A stretch of 63,995 nucleotides of DNA, filler included, from Octopus bimaculoides (lineage: Eukaryota): assembly GCF_001194135.2 (NCBI RefSeq). It is 4 parts of 4 records of this genome, joined end to end, with 100 filler letters (N's around TTAATTAATTAA, not from the genome) between each part and the next. Parts side by side here need not be neighbours in the genome. Positions count along the whole stretch, not along the records: positions 1 to 31,355 come from NC_068985.1; positions 31,456 to 57,835 come from NC_068989.1; 2 more parts are not named here. One strand, 5' to 3'. Under the pieces are notes generated by a model, which saw nothing but the letters and a program-made list of their open reading frames with translations, was not told the DNA's origin and did not search any database. Shown piece by piece: positions 25,535 to 37,519 of the stretch (the first letter of the stretch is position 1; each line of letters starts with the position of its first letter). Both the position numbers and the translations under genes were made by a program.

Positions 25535-25740
25535 ATATATATATAGGGAGAATTCACAAAAACAAAAACAACAGACGAAGACAGGTGGTGTTGAAAATAA
25601 ATAGATGTATTAGTATAACGCTCGGGAATTGAGAAAGTCCTTATCGTTTCGAGCCTACGCTCTTCTACAGAAAGGAACACGGAAAGAAACAAGGAGAGAA
25701 ACAAGAAGAGAAAAAAAGGAGAGAAAAAAAGGAGACACAT
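25535..25740 (-). mobile_element. Penelope-type terminus with decayed hammerhead variant (homolog at 61510-61690)
   Basis: CCUUU-CUGUAGA-A-GAGC[guag]GCUC-GAAAC-GAU at 25637-25676; 3' end abuts (TA)n. Confidence 0.55.
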
Positions 25741-25744
25741 ATAT

Positions 25745-25925
25745 GAACGTGGTATTCCGTCGGTTACGACGTCGTGGATTCCAGTTGATCCGATCAAGGG
25801 AACAACCTGCTCGTGAAATTAGCGTGCAAGTGGCTGAGCACTCCACAGACACGTGTACCCTTAACACAGTTCTCGGAGATTCAGCGTGACACAGAGTGTG
25901 ACAAGGTTGGCCCTTCGAAATACAT
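25745..25925 (-). mobile_element. SINE family D, partial
   Basis: Shares its core with 10310-10508. Confidence 0.55.
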
Positions 25926-25955
25926 ATACAATGGAAATAGGAAGAAAGAGTGAGA

Positions 25956-26070
25956 GAAAGTTGTGGTGAAAGAGTACAGCAGGGTAGAAGTTGTGGTGAA
26001 AGAGTACAGCAGGGTAGAAGTTGTGGTGAAAGAGTACAGCAGGGTGAAAGTTGTGGCGAAAGAGTACAGT
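25956..26070. repeat. 30-bp minisatellite, ~4 copies
   Basis: Unit aagttgtggtgaaagagtacagcagggt(a/g)(g/a). Confidence 0.9.
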
Positions 26071-26874
26071 ATATATATAGAGAGAGAGAGTGTCACAAAA
26101 ACCTCTTACATTTTTCAGATTGATAAACATTTTAACAGCAAATGTACAGTGTGCACCAGTACAAAATATGAAGGTAGCTACAAACTACATTTGATCAAGC
26201 ATTAGTCACATGAAGACACTCTTACCATCTGCCTAGCTTCACTAGCGTCACACTATGGTTGTGTAAAATATGGGAATCTTTTCTTCTGCCCCCCGTTTCC
26301 TTCACTAGCCCAATCTGATTTTTCTTGTATAGGTTTTGTATAGTTCTTTTTATACCAATACTAGATAAAATTGGTAGTCCTTACAGTTCTATACCAATTT
26401 TGATCTATATGCAGGTCTGTATCGAACCAAAACGCTAATTTCTTAATAGTATTCACTACCAAATTACCGTGGATAAGAATTTGCATGTATTCATTACCAA
26501 CTTTTCGTAGTTTTTGATTGCTCATGTTAGCACCGTTAAATTACAATTTTGGAAATGACTAGTGTTTACAGAAATCCTGAACATGATGACAATGTTATCA
26601 AGCTAAACTCATGAACTCCATCAGTTTCGTAGATACAGGAAAATACCTTATAAAGTATTTTTTTTTTAGAAGGAAGAGACTCGGGATCGAAAATGCATAC
26701 AAGCGATTAAATTTATTGAATATTGAATATATTTGTGTACATTTTTTGTATTAAATACATTTAATATTTTTTGTATATCGACTTGGCTGACTTGCTTTAC
26801 TTCTCTGCCTGCTCTCTTGAGCACTATGAAGTGTATTCTATACGGAGAATATCTTTTTCTCATATATATATATA

Positions 26875-27075
26875 TATATAAGTTCAAAAAAGGAAAAAGA
26901 CAAGAAAACAACAACAAAAAACAACGTGAGGACGTGATACAGATTATGTTACTAGACGCTCGGGAAAGGAAAGAGAGAGAATATGACGTTTCGAGCGGAG
27001 CTCTTCGTCAGAAACAAGGAAAGTCCAAAGAAGGGAAAAACGGAAGAAGAAAAAATCGCCACCGATGTCCACGAN
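26875..27075 (-). mobile_element. Penelope-type terminus with hammerhead (homolog at 61030-61235)
   Basis: CUGACGA-A-GAGC[ucc]GCUC-GAAAC-GUC at 26980-27016, with weak helix I; 3' end abuts (TA)n. Confidence 0.6.
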
Positions 27076-28044
27076 NNNNNNNNNNNNNNNNNNNNNNNNN
27101 NNNNNNNNNNNNNNNNNNNNNNNNNNNNNNNNNNNNNNNNNNNNNNNNNNNNNNNNNNNNNNNNNNNNNNNNNNNNNNNNNNNNNNNNNNNNNNNNNNNN
27201 NNNNNNNNNNNNNNNNNNNNNNNNNNNNNNNNNNNNNNNNNNNNNNNNNNNNNNNNNNNNNNNNNGTCCTCAAGAATATTTCTTTTTATATATACAATTT
27301 TCTTTCTTTTTCCTTTTCGTTATGTAAATTAACCATTTTATTTCTTTTACCTTTGCCTCCACCTGTCCGTCTTTTCATTTTATCACACTTTCATAGCACG
27401 ACTAATAAATTACCTAATTGCCAACTCTTATTTTCACTGATGCTGTGGCCTTTCGTTCGATGTTAGAGTTTAGAGACTCGGTCCAACCTGAGCACTTATT
27501 ATTATCTGTAACCATTATGCACCAATTATTTGATGTCTTCTTAACTATTATGAAAAATTACAAACTGCATTGTTTTTTATTCATTACAGACCATTTATTT
27601 TATTTCTTTGTGTATTGAAAGGGGTGACTGCTCTACTGCTCAACATCCCCACGACTACCAACTCCAACAGACAGAAAACAGAGTCCCTACGATGTATCGT
27701 GGTCACAGCTATGAGATTTCGAGACGCCTGGCTCCAAGAATGCATTTCAACAAACCAGTTATATAAAATGATAAACTTGTAAAGTAATATATATATCACT
27801 TGGCTGAGAAAGAAAGTACGTGGAAAATATATGGAGGAAATAATATACATGTATTGCTGTTTCTTGTGAAAGTCATTATGCTAATAACAAACATAAGCAT
27901 TGGTTATATTTCAATTATTCATTTTTCTTTTATTAAACACCTAATTTTTATTACTTTCCATAAAAGAGACTATTGTATCTTATTTCATGCAACCATATTT
28001 TAATCAATCTTTCAAGGAAAATTAACAAACCTAATGTGAGTTCT

Positions 28045-28240
28045 GAAGGCAACGAGTTGTCAGAATCGTTAGCACGTCGAACAAACTGGTTAGCGGTACG
28101 CATTTCGACTCTTAACATTTTAAGTCCAAATCTCGCTGTCAGCAACTTTGCTTTTTATGCCTTCTGGGTCGATTAAATATTTACTAGTTAAGTAGTAGGG
28201 TCGATGTAATCGCTTTTGCTCTCCGTTCGAATTTGCTGAC
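28045..28240 (+). mobile_element. Family A SINE, degenerate
   Basis: aggcaacgagttgtcagaatcgttagcacg head; ggtcgatgtaatcg downstream. Confidence 0.6.
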
Positions 28241-29129
28241 ATTGGAGTGTGCAAATGATCGACATCACGTTCAAGGGGTGTGCTGTGATCTCGCTCATTT
28301 ATACGCTATGGAAATAGGGGACCAGCCTCAAGAATTCTAGGGCTCAAGAAAACATTAAAAAAGTGAGCTGTGGATACATTACTGGTGTCTTTTAGAAATT
28401 AACCAGAATTCCATACGCTGACTCTAAATAATATATTCCATGAATAACGATTCCAAATTTAAAGAAAGTGTTAATTTTTTAAAGTAAATTCATCAGACGG
28501 GTCTCGATAAATTTTATCGGAATATTGATTAACATCGGTATTTTTTTTATCGATATAATTCTTTCTGTCAATACGAAAACGAAAATCGGAATAAACCGTT
28601 TGATTGATTGTTTTGTAAACACCAATGAGAACTATTGAGACACATGTTTTTGACGTGTCATCAATAAAGATTCTATTGTTTGTATAAATATCCGCTTTAT
28701 ATGACTGACAGATATTATTTGATATCACCACTACAGGTTAATACAATATATTTTGATTATAGGACCCTATTCCATATGAGATGTAGTCAGCTAAGTTTTA
28801 TTAAAGTTCACTTTTTGCTGTTGTGTAAGCGACGTCGTTGCATGTATGCGTGCGTGTGTATGTGTACGTACAAGTGTGAGTGTATGTGTGCGTACGTGTG
28901 TGTGTGTGTGCGTGCGCGTACGAGTGTGTGTGTGTGTGTGTGTGTGTGTAATGGGCATAAGTTTAATACATACACATATATACACATATACACATATATA
29001 TATGAGTAAAATACAAAATTTGGCTATCTATAATAGAAAAAGAACTCAGTACAGTCATAGGACATATATTATTTAATGACAAGATTGTATATATTTTCCC
29101 CTCATTATATATATATATATACACACACA

Positions 29130-29270
29130 TTAAGGCAGCGAGCTGTTGGAATCGTTAGCACACCGAGGAAGATGCTTAGCGGTATTTCGTCTGACTTTAC
29201 ATTGTGAGTTCAAATTTCGCCGAGGTCGACTGTCTTCCGTCCTTTCGGATTCGATAAAATAAATACCATT
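29130..29270 (+). mobile_element. Family A SINE, 3'-truncated
   Basis: taaggcagcgagctg...gagttcaaatttcgccgaggtcgac. Confidence 0.7.
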
Positions 29271-29286
29271 TGAGAGAGATTATATT

Positions 29287-29352
<66 letters not shown>

Positions 29353-29639
29353 GGAAAGTTTGACGGAGAAAAATAAGTATGGTGAGTTAGTGTTGCAAAG
29401 AGAATTCAGTACCGTGAAAACAAATACGTAGTGGTTGAGTAAATCTATGGATATTCAAATGACGTTTCAATAAAACTATTACAAAAGATTGCATAGTTTG
29501 TTAAATATTTGGTCTTCACGAATCATATATTGCTTAACTCCGAACTAAACACAGGTCCACATTAATGTTGCTAGGGGTACTTTAAAGTTATAAACAAAGG
29601 ATTTCACATTTTTCTATAAGTGATCCACAATAGATGGAA

Positions 29640-30300
29640 ATATTATAGAAAGCCATCTCATTGTTGAAATGGATATCCCAATAAAGCAGAAGTTATAATG
29701 GCTGTTAAATAGATTAAATCAGGAAAGACCCTAGTAACTCAACTGATAGTTCAATTCAGGAAAAGCCCCAGGTATTGATGCTAAACCACGTGAAATAATG
29801 GGGACATAGTGTTGTTTTAGATGCCAATAAACAGATCAATTCTTGAAAAGTTCCTGGAACTGGTGGTATGTTATCCGAGGTTATATTGCGTGGACGTGTT
29901 GCAATGACTGTTAATATGAGGAATGTTTCACTAATTCTATGATATTAGATAGATTTTACTGATATCTAATGAAACTCGCGGAACTGACAACTTTTCATGA
30001 GAAAATGTGTCAACTGTGACACCTTTCGCGCTATTCCTTGATTGTTCATAAGTTATTCACTCGAAATGAGTTGATTTAATTGCAAGCACACATATGGCCC
30101 ATAATTTGTCTCCAGTTTCAATGTAAATTTAAATCTGGTAGAAACACAACAGATATGATATTTAGTATCATAAAGCTGCAGGAAAAATGCAAGGTCTCGT
30201 TGGGTTAATGGGCCGTTTTCAAACAGCGAATAGAAATGCGCTGTGGAGTATAGTGGAGGCGTTGATTACATGATAAGGAAGTATAGAGGAATTACACATC
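29640..30300 (+). mobile_element. Highly decayed RTE-like RT fragment
   Basis: Broken EVIMAVK*IKSGK..., GKAPGID and NCDTFRAI..L...K.FTR motifs. Confidence 0.4.
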
Positions 30301-31159
30301 ATTTGGATTAGACAAGTGAAATCGGATGTTTTTTTTGTTTTTGTTTTTTTTTATCCACGGAAATGGAAGAACTGAACATTGTTAATTTACCGTTGTTGCT
30401 AGTGATTAAAGTGATGAACTGAACTAGTATGGGTCAGAGCTGTATGCTCTCTTCGATGTCGCCACAGAGCAACAGCGTGAGAAAATGCGAAATAAACTGC
30501 TTGTCCGTTGTCTTCTCGACATATTTTAGCCCAGATGTCTTCTATGATTGGCTACCTGCTGCATGATTAACGTATTGTATAATTTGCAGTTGACTGCCTT
30601 ATCACTGTACTGTAAATTGCTATCTAATGCTTATCTGAGTACTGTATAACTGATTGTTTCTTTATTAAAGTATTATGTATCTGGTTATCTATTGCTATAT
30701 TTTAATATAATTGTGTAGTATATTCTTATAAGAATCCTACACGAAGCTCGCGAATTAAGAGTCTCGTTGGAGTATTGGGTAGAATAGCATCACATCTCTT
30801 CCGAGTTGATGAAGGTACAAATGAAGGGCAGCAGATTAGCGGAACTTCTAAAAGATGAGACAAGATGGTTTGCTACATATCTAATACAGTTTTGTGTTCC
30901 AACAGAAACGTCTGAGACGACATTGATGCCAAGCTGTAACCCCCCAAGTTACTAGCCCTTACCTTGGATAAGCATCAGTAGAAAAGAGAGGGGAGAATTA
31001 TACTCGAGGACAACAAGTAGTCTTTCTAAAATAAAATCTTAGCAGGGCTTGCGCAAAGATGTGCAGATTCGCGTTCAACATTAACCGACAGAAGCTCTAC
31101 ATATGTAGCACAAGTATGTTGCATGAAAGAATTCTTCTGAAAGAAATTCTTAAGTTTCA

Positions 31160-31270
31160 AAGATTTGTGGCGAGAATTTTGCTTCCCAACCGCATGGTAC
31201 TAGGTTCAGTCACACTGCATGGCGTCTTGGGCAAATGTTTTCGACCATAGCACCAAGCCAATAAATGCTT
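31160..31270 (+). mobile_element. SINE family B head, degenerate
   Basis: ttgcttcccaaccgcatgg...ggttcagtcacactgcatggcgtcttgggcaa. Confidence 0.55.
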
Positions 31271-31520
31271 TCTCAATATATTTGGTATACATAAGAATCC
31301 CACTTTATGTATTTGCATGCATATATATCTATACACACACACACACACACACACANNNNNNNNNNNNNNNNNNNNNNNNNNNNNNNNNNNNNNNNNNNNT
31401 TAATTAATTAANNNNNNNNNNNNNNNNNNNNNNNNNNNNNNNNNNNNNNNNNNNNTATTGTCGAGCCCTTCCGTGCAGTAATTAACATCGTCGTCGCCTT
31501 CGTCATCATCATCATCATCG

Positions 31521-31588
<68 letters not shown>

Positions 31589-31743
31589 TCCATCATCTTC
31601 TTCGATATCGTCAACCGAGGTGTTTATATTATTATGATTAAAGATGTTCACACGTACATCAATAATAATCTACTTTTCTCCTATCCAACATTGTTGATGT
31701 TGCTGTTGTAATTTTTGTTGTTGTTATAATAATAATAATAATG

Positions 31744-31844
<101 letters not shown>

Positions 31845-31943
31845 CATCAACATCATCGTTTGTATTTTTAGCATCATCACCATTCTTATTAATATTATAG
31901 ATATCACCGTCGTCGTTATCATTATTATGATAATTATTTATGA

Positions 31944-32022
<79 letters not shown>

Positions 32023-32299
32023 CATTATTATTATCGTTATTATTATCATTATTATTTTTATTTTTATTTCAGCATCATTATTATTATGTAATCGAAATGA
32101 TACCATTATGAACATCATTATCACCAGTCACTGTGGCTATTGTTATTTAGCTACGTATCTATTTGATTCTGTTTTTAGTTATTGTACAACAGTTATATTG
32201 ATAGTAGTTGTGGCAGGACGAATAGCAAGGAAAGATGCACAACGAATGGGGAATCATAACATACAGAACAAAAATATATAGATTACTGAAAAACAGCGA

Positions 32300-32510
32300 A
32301 AATAATTTAACTCTGCAGCCATCCCGACCATCACCAACTCCAGATCTATATGTCGAGTATTCGGCTTCAAAACAGCAGAAAAGTTGCATGAGCACGAACG
32401 AGAGGCTGTGTGATAGAAAATGAGAATGACAATGACGAGTGGGACTTCGCAATAGAGACTGATCATTCTATTAAGGCAAGAAGACCAGACATAATTATCA
32501 GAGACTGCAA
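32300..32510 (+). mobile_element. R4/Dong-like RLE fragment
   Basis: IENE...WDFAIETDHSIKARRPDIIIRD. Confidence 0.7.
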
Positions 32511-32519
32511 CTACCAAGG

Positions 32520-32790
32520 CCATCACCAGCCCCAAACCTTTTATTATTTGGTTTGGGTCATGTTCGGTCTTATTTCAACTAGGATTTATGTGGGTAGCGG
32601 GTTACTACCTGTAACCTTACGTATCCACAAGTTTTCAGCAGTCTTTCAAGTGCTTAGAATCCTCCTGATAATCCTTGCTGTCCCTAAGAGACAAACTTTC
32701 TGTAGGAGCTCTATTCCAATCTTCTTCAGCCCTTTGTCTATATGTCTATATCTTTGCTTACTGTTCCCAACGCACCGATCATTATAGGCA
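32520..32790 (-). mobile_element. R4/Dong-like ORF C-terminus and 3' UTR
   Basis: LKKIGIELLQKVCLLGTARIIRRILST*; its 5' junction abuts (AAT)n. Confidence 0.7.
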
Positions 32791-32800
32791 CGGCCTTTAC

Positions 32801-32864
<64 letters not shown>

Positions 32865-32885
32865 ATTATTATTATTATTATTATT

Positions 32886-33395
32886 GAGTGAGAGAGCACG
32901 GCATGCCATCAAAGTGACACTGAGGTAAAATTTACGAAGCCCAATATACCCATCATGACTATCCGTCTGATAAGGGTACACCAGGCACATGCATCACAAC
33001 CATGTGCGCAACATAGTGGTCTCTTATCAAGATAAATAGCGCATGACCTTGCAGTTGTGGCCCAGTTAGAATCTTCTTCGGGTCGAGTAGCCCATCCCGC
33101 TCAAAAGGTCCTTGAATAAAGGTTGTTTGAGGATGTCGAACGAAATACCCATTTTTTCAAAAGTGAATTATTCAGACCCCAAATGATTTCTCTCAACACA
33201 TGGCTATGATGATCCCCCACTACTTCTGCTCATGATCAGAGATGCACATATCGTCAGCCACTAAAGGAGATGCTCAACTAGTTAAGATCAAGCAACTGAC
33301 AAGCAAATCTGTGGTATTGAACAGAATATTTGCTGTAGTCCATCTTTTATACCGAGACGAAACAATGTACATGATAACACTTCCAATCAGTTAGA
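32886..33395 (-). mobile_element. Unclassified ~500-bp insert between (TTA)n arrays (probable LINE 3' UTR)
   Basis: Complex sequence flanked on both sides by TTA runs; no ORF. Strand is inferred from an assumed (AAT)n tail. Confidence 0.4.
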
Positions 33396-33401
33396 TTATC
33401 G

Positions 33402-33480
<79 letters not shown>

Positions 33481-33484
<4 letters not shown>

Positions 33485-33595
33485 TAGTTTTAATTTTATA
33501 GCGTGCTTTCACTTCACTACCGAGCGCAGGTCTGTGTGCCTTGGGTATGTGCTGTGGTTTGCTGTGGTGCTCTTATGGTTACTGTATTGAAAGTG

Positions 33596-33598
<3 letters not shown>
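33481..33598 (-). mobile_element. Short 5'-truncated insert in a (TTA)n array (probable Dong-like 3' end)
   Basis: 118 bp of complex sequence with pure TTA arrays on both sides; reverse complement begins with a TLSIQ*-like stop region. Confidence 0.5.
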
Positions 33599-33674
<76 letters not shown>

Positions 33675-33787
33675 GTATACCTGTTGTTGTTTAGCCACTC
33701 ACAAAGATCTCTTGTTAGTCAATATATTCCCTGATTTTTCTGTATTTAGCGTATCGTTTTTAAATACGATATTTCGGTAATGATAAT

Positions 33788-33867
<80 letters not shown>

Positions 33868-33869
33868 TA

Positions 33870-34030
33870 ACACCAGTAGTGTGAAGAAAATTTGCTTGGT
33901 CTCCTTTGCCTGCAATATAATATTGGCACTTACAAAATAACACCCAGAGTAAAGCGTCCAACTTGATATTATTTGAGGTCTGTGGTTGAGACGGAAGAGT
34001 TCGCACAAATCAAGGCAACGGCAATAGAAA
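33870..34030 (+). mobile_element. Decayed Dong-like 3' end between (AAT)n arrays
   Basis: LQKIT-like remnant (ttacaaaataacac) plus UTR, followed by (AAT)n. Confidence 0.35.
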
Positions 34031-34056
34031 TAGTAATAATAATAAACATAATATTG

Positions 34057-34130
<74 letters not shown>

Positions 34131-34264
34131 AAAGAAAAGAAGAAGAAAAAAGAACAACAAGGATAATAAAAATAATGATAAACATAACAACAGTAACAAA
34201 AACATTAACAATTATGGTAGTAGTAGTCGTAGTAGTAGTAATAATGATAATAATAATAATAATG

Positions 34265-34295
<31 letters not shown>

Positions 34296-34312
34296 TAATA
34301 ATAATAATAATG

Positions 34313-34343
<31 letters not shown>

Positions 34344-34469
34344 TAATAATAATAATAATAATGATAATAATAATAATAATGGTAATAATTTGTTTTATTG
34401 CCACAAACAATAATAATGTCAATAAGGATCATAATTTTATTTAATATTCTTTAAAAATTATACTCTCAT

Positions 34470-34548
<79 letters not shown>

Positions 34549-34984
34549 TAAAAATAAAAAGAAGAAGGAAACAATAAGATATCCACCAATGGCCTCCTCA
34601 TCCTCCTTTTCCTCCGTATCATCACTGTCTTCCGCATTTTCACCATCACGATCATTATGTCAGTCATCTATTTTATTCCCATCAGGATGATGCCGACGTC
34701 TACGATGCTGATGATGATAATTATCAACGTTATGATCATCATCCGCATTACCATCACTACCGCATCATGGCGTCCTAATATTTTTCGCGTTATTTCTCTG
34801 GTTTCTATTTCAATATAGTTTTGTTCTGAATGCCCCCAGCCCCACATAATACTATACATTACTGTATTTTTATATTATTTCTTGTAAAGAAAACTTAATG
34901 TAGCATTCGACTTATTGAATAGTAATAATTATTTGAATATAAGTGTGTTCGCGAGTCTGTCTGGGAATATACATGCATACATAT

Positions 34985-35238
34985 ATATATATATATGTGT
35001 ATATATACTGGAGTAAGCACATAAATGTGCAACAAGGTGGAAAAAAGAGTACTCAAATACCCGAGGCTGAGTAATATGCTTTATTTAAAAGCAGCAGAAA
35101 TATAACAAAAAACTGTTACTCGGAGTTTCATGTTCCCGTTCATCGGACAGTTTTGTCTAACAGTCTTTCTAACAAAACTGTCCGATGAACGAGTGCGTGA
35201 AACTCCGCGTAACACTTTTTTGTTATATTTCTGCTGCT
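34985..35238. mobile_element. Head-to-head Penelope-type termini forming a 67-bp-arm hairpin
   Basis: Arms 35090-35156 and 35172-35238; each carries a CCGAUGA...GAAAC hammerhead-like motif. The right arm runs into a gap. Confidence 0.65.
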
Positions 35239-35394
35239 NNNNNNNNNNNNNNNNNNNNNNNNNNNNNNNNNNNNNNNNNNNNNNNNNNNNNNNNNNNNNN
35301 NNNNNNNNNNNNNNNNNNNNNNNNNNNNNNNNNNNNNNNNNNNNNNNNNNNNNNNNNNNNNNNNNNNNNNNNNNNNNNNNNNNNNNNNNNNNNN

Positions 35395-35431
<37 letters not shown>

Positions 35432-35842
35432 GGTGAGAAAGAGCAGTTTAAGCCAAACTCCAACGTGTTGAATGGCACGAAAATGATGTAAGGCGAGCAG
35501 AAAAAAATGGAGTCTATATTTTAGTTACTATGGTCAATACGAAACAATGTTAACGATTAATGTAAAAACTAAGAAAATCATTTTTAGAAAAAAATTGACT
35601 TAATTTAGAAGCACATTTTTCGATCTTTCCATATTTTAAGAAGAAATATAACTATGAATATATTTACCTTTATTTATCCTCATCAATTCGTAACTCAAGG
35701 TATTTCAGAATATTGATAAAAGTAACAGATTAAGAAGAAATTTACTTCTTCATCTACATTCAAACACGCTTTCTAATATGTCGCTGGGCTGATAGCGACA
35801 AATTATGCAAATATATATAAAGTCAAAGGGAGGGAGAAAGAA

Positions 35843-36123
35843 CAGCTAAAGCCGAACTCCAATGTGTTGAATGGCCATTGTTTTTTAAAATAAAACCACA
35901 ATAAAAACAAACGGACTTTTCTCCTTGGTACGAAAATGATGTAAGGCGGGGGTGGGGGATAAATGAAGTCTATTTTACTCTATTGACCACAGTAAATAAT
36001 AAAATAGACTTCATTTATTCCGCCCGCCTTACATCATTTTCGTACCAAGGTGAAAAGTCCGTTTGTTTTTATTGTAGTTTTATTTTAAAAACGTCCATTC
36101 AACACGGAGTTTGGCTTTAACTG
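35843..36123. mobile_element. Foldback/palindromic MITE-like element
   Basis: Arms ~35843-35977 and 36000-36123 with a 22-nt loop; an internally deleted copy in the opposite orientation lies at 35444-35541. Confidence 0.8.
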
Positions 36124-36206
36124 GTCTATCTCTCGCTTTGTATGATTTAATCTATCCGTATGTATGTATATATATATGTATATATGTATAATTGCAGGTT
36201 TAATAT

Positions 36207-36246
<40 letters not shown>

Positions 36247-37437
36247 CACACACACACACATGTGTGTGTGTGTGTGTGTGTGTATACATACATATATGCA
36301 TGTGTGCATGCATATATGCATTTATAAATAAGTGCATACATACATACACACACACACGCACACACACACACACACACATATATATGTATGTATATATATA
36401 NNNNNNNNNNNNNNNNNNNNNNNNNNNNNNNNNNNNNNNNNNNNNNNNNNNNNNNNNNNNNNNNNNNNNNNNNNNNNNNNNNNNNNNNNNNNNNNNNNNN
36501 NNNNNNNNNNNNNNNNNNNNNNNNNNNNNNNNNNNNNNNNNNNNNNNNNNNNNNNNNNNNNNNNNNNNNNNNNNNNNNNNNNNNNNNNNNNNNNNNNNNN
36601 NNNNNNNNNNNNNNNNNNNNNNNNNNNNNNNNNNNNNNNNNNNNNNNNNNNNNNNNNNNNNNNNNNNNNNNNNNNNNNNNNNNNNNNNNNNNNNNNNNNN
36701 NNNNNNNNNNNNNNNNNNNNNNNNNNNNNNNNNNNNNNNNNNNNNNNNNNNNNNNNNNNNNNNNNNNNNNNNNNNNNNNNNNNNNNNNNNNNNNNNNNNN
36801 NNNNNNNNNNNNNNNNNNNNNNNNNNNNNNNNNNNNNNNNNNNNNNNNNNNNNNNNNNNNNNNNNNNNNNNTATACATATAAACCTCAACCTAAAATTGT
36901 GTTGCCACTACGACCAGAGGAATCTTTACAACCATATCCGTGCATAATGCTTACACCTTCCCTTTCCTTATAAGTGAAAGGTTGATTGCCCCCTTTAACT
37001 TTAAATCACTAGATAAGAAACAAATAAAATCAGTGACAGTTAGAATTCTAACTAGAATTAATTACTAGCCTGCTAGCCTTGGCTATGTCAAGATGGTTTT
37101 TATGGATTCTTCTTTCCCACTTAGATTTTTTAAAAGTTGTCACAACAGTAAATATATCCATTCTGTTGAAATGAAATTTTCAGTAAATTTTCTATATCCT
37201 TGTGCAGCTGAGGATTGCTCTGCGTTTTGCATTTAATGTAATGCTCGCATTATTTAAATAAATGGAGTAGCATGAAACGTGCGTACTGCAATAACCTTTA
37301 AAACTCGTGTTGCTTTTTTTAATTTTTGATCACTTTGCCTTTGGAATTGTTTTGAATAATACCACACTATATTCTGGTGCCTAAACTTAAGTGCCACATT
37401 CAATTTTGAATCTAAATTTTTACTAAATATGCATACA

Positions 37438-37519
<82 letters not shown>

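Noticed and set aside
28471-28731. 86-aa ORF in unique AT-rich sequence
   Set aside because: No family motif, homology cue or clear splice context; consistent with chance.
31400-31411. TTAATTAATTAA island inside N-runs, repeated at 57880-57891 and 62426-62437
   Set aside because: Each is exactly N44 + 12-mer + N44 = 100 bp, and the palindromic 12-mer gives stops in all six frames. It is an assembly spacer, not biology.
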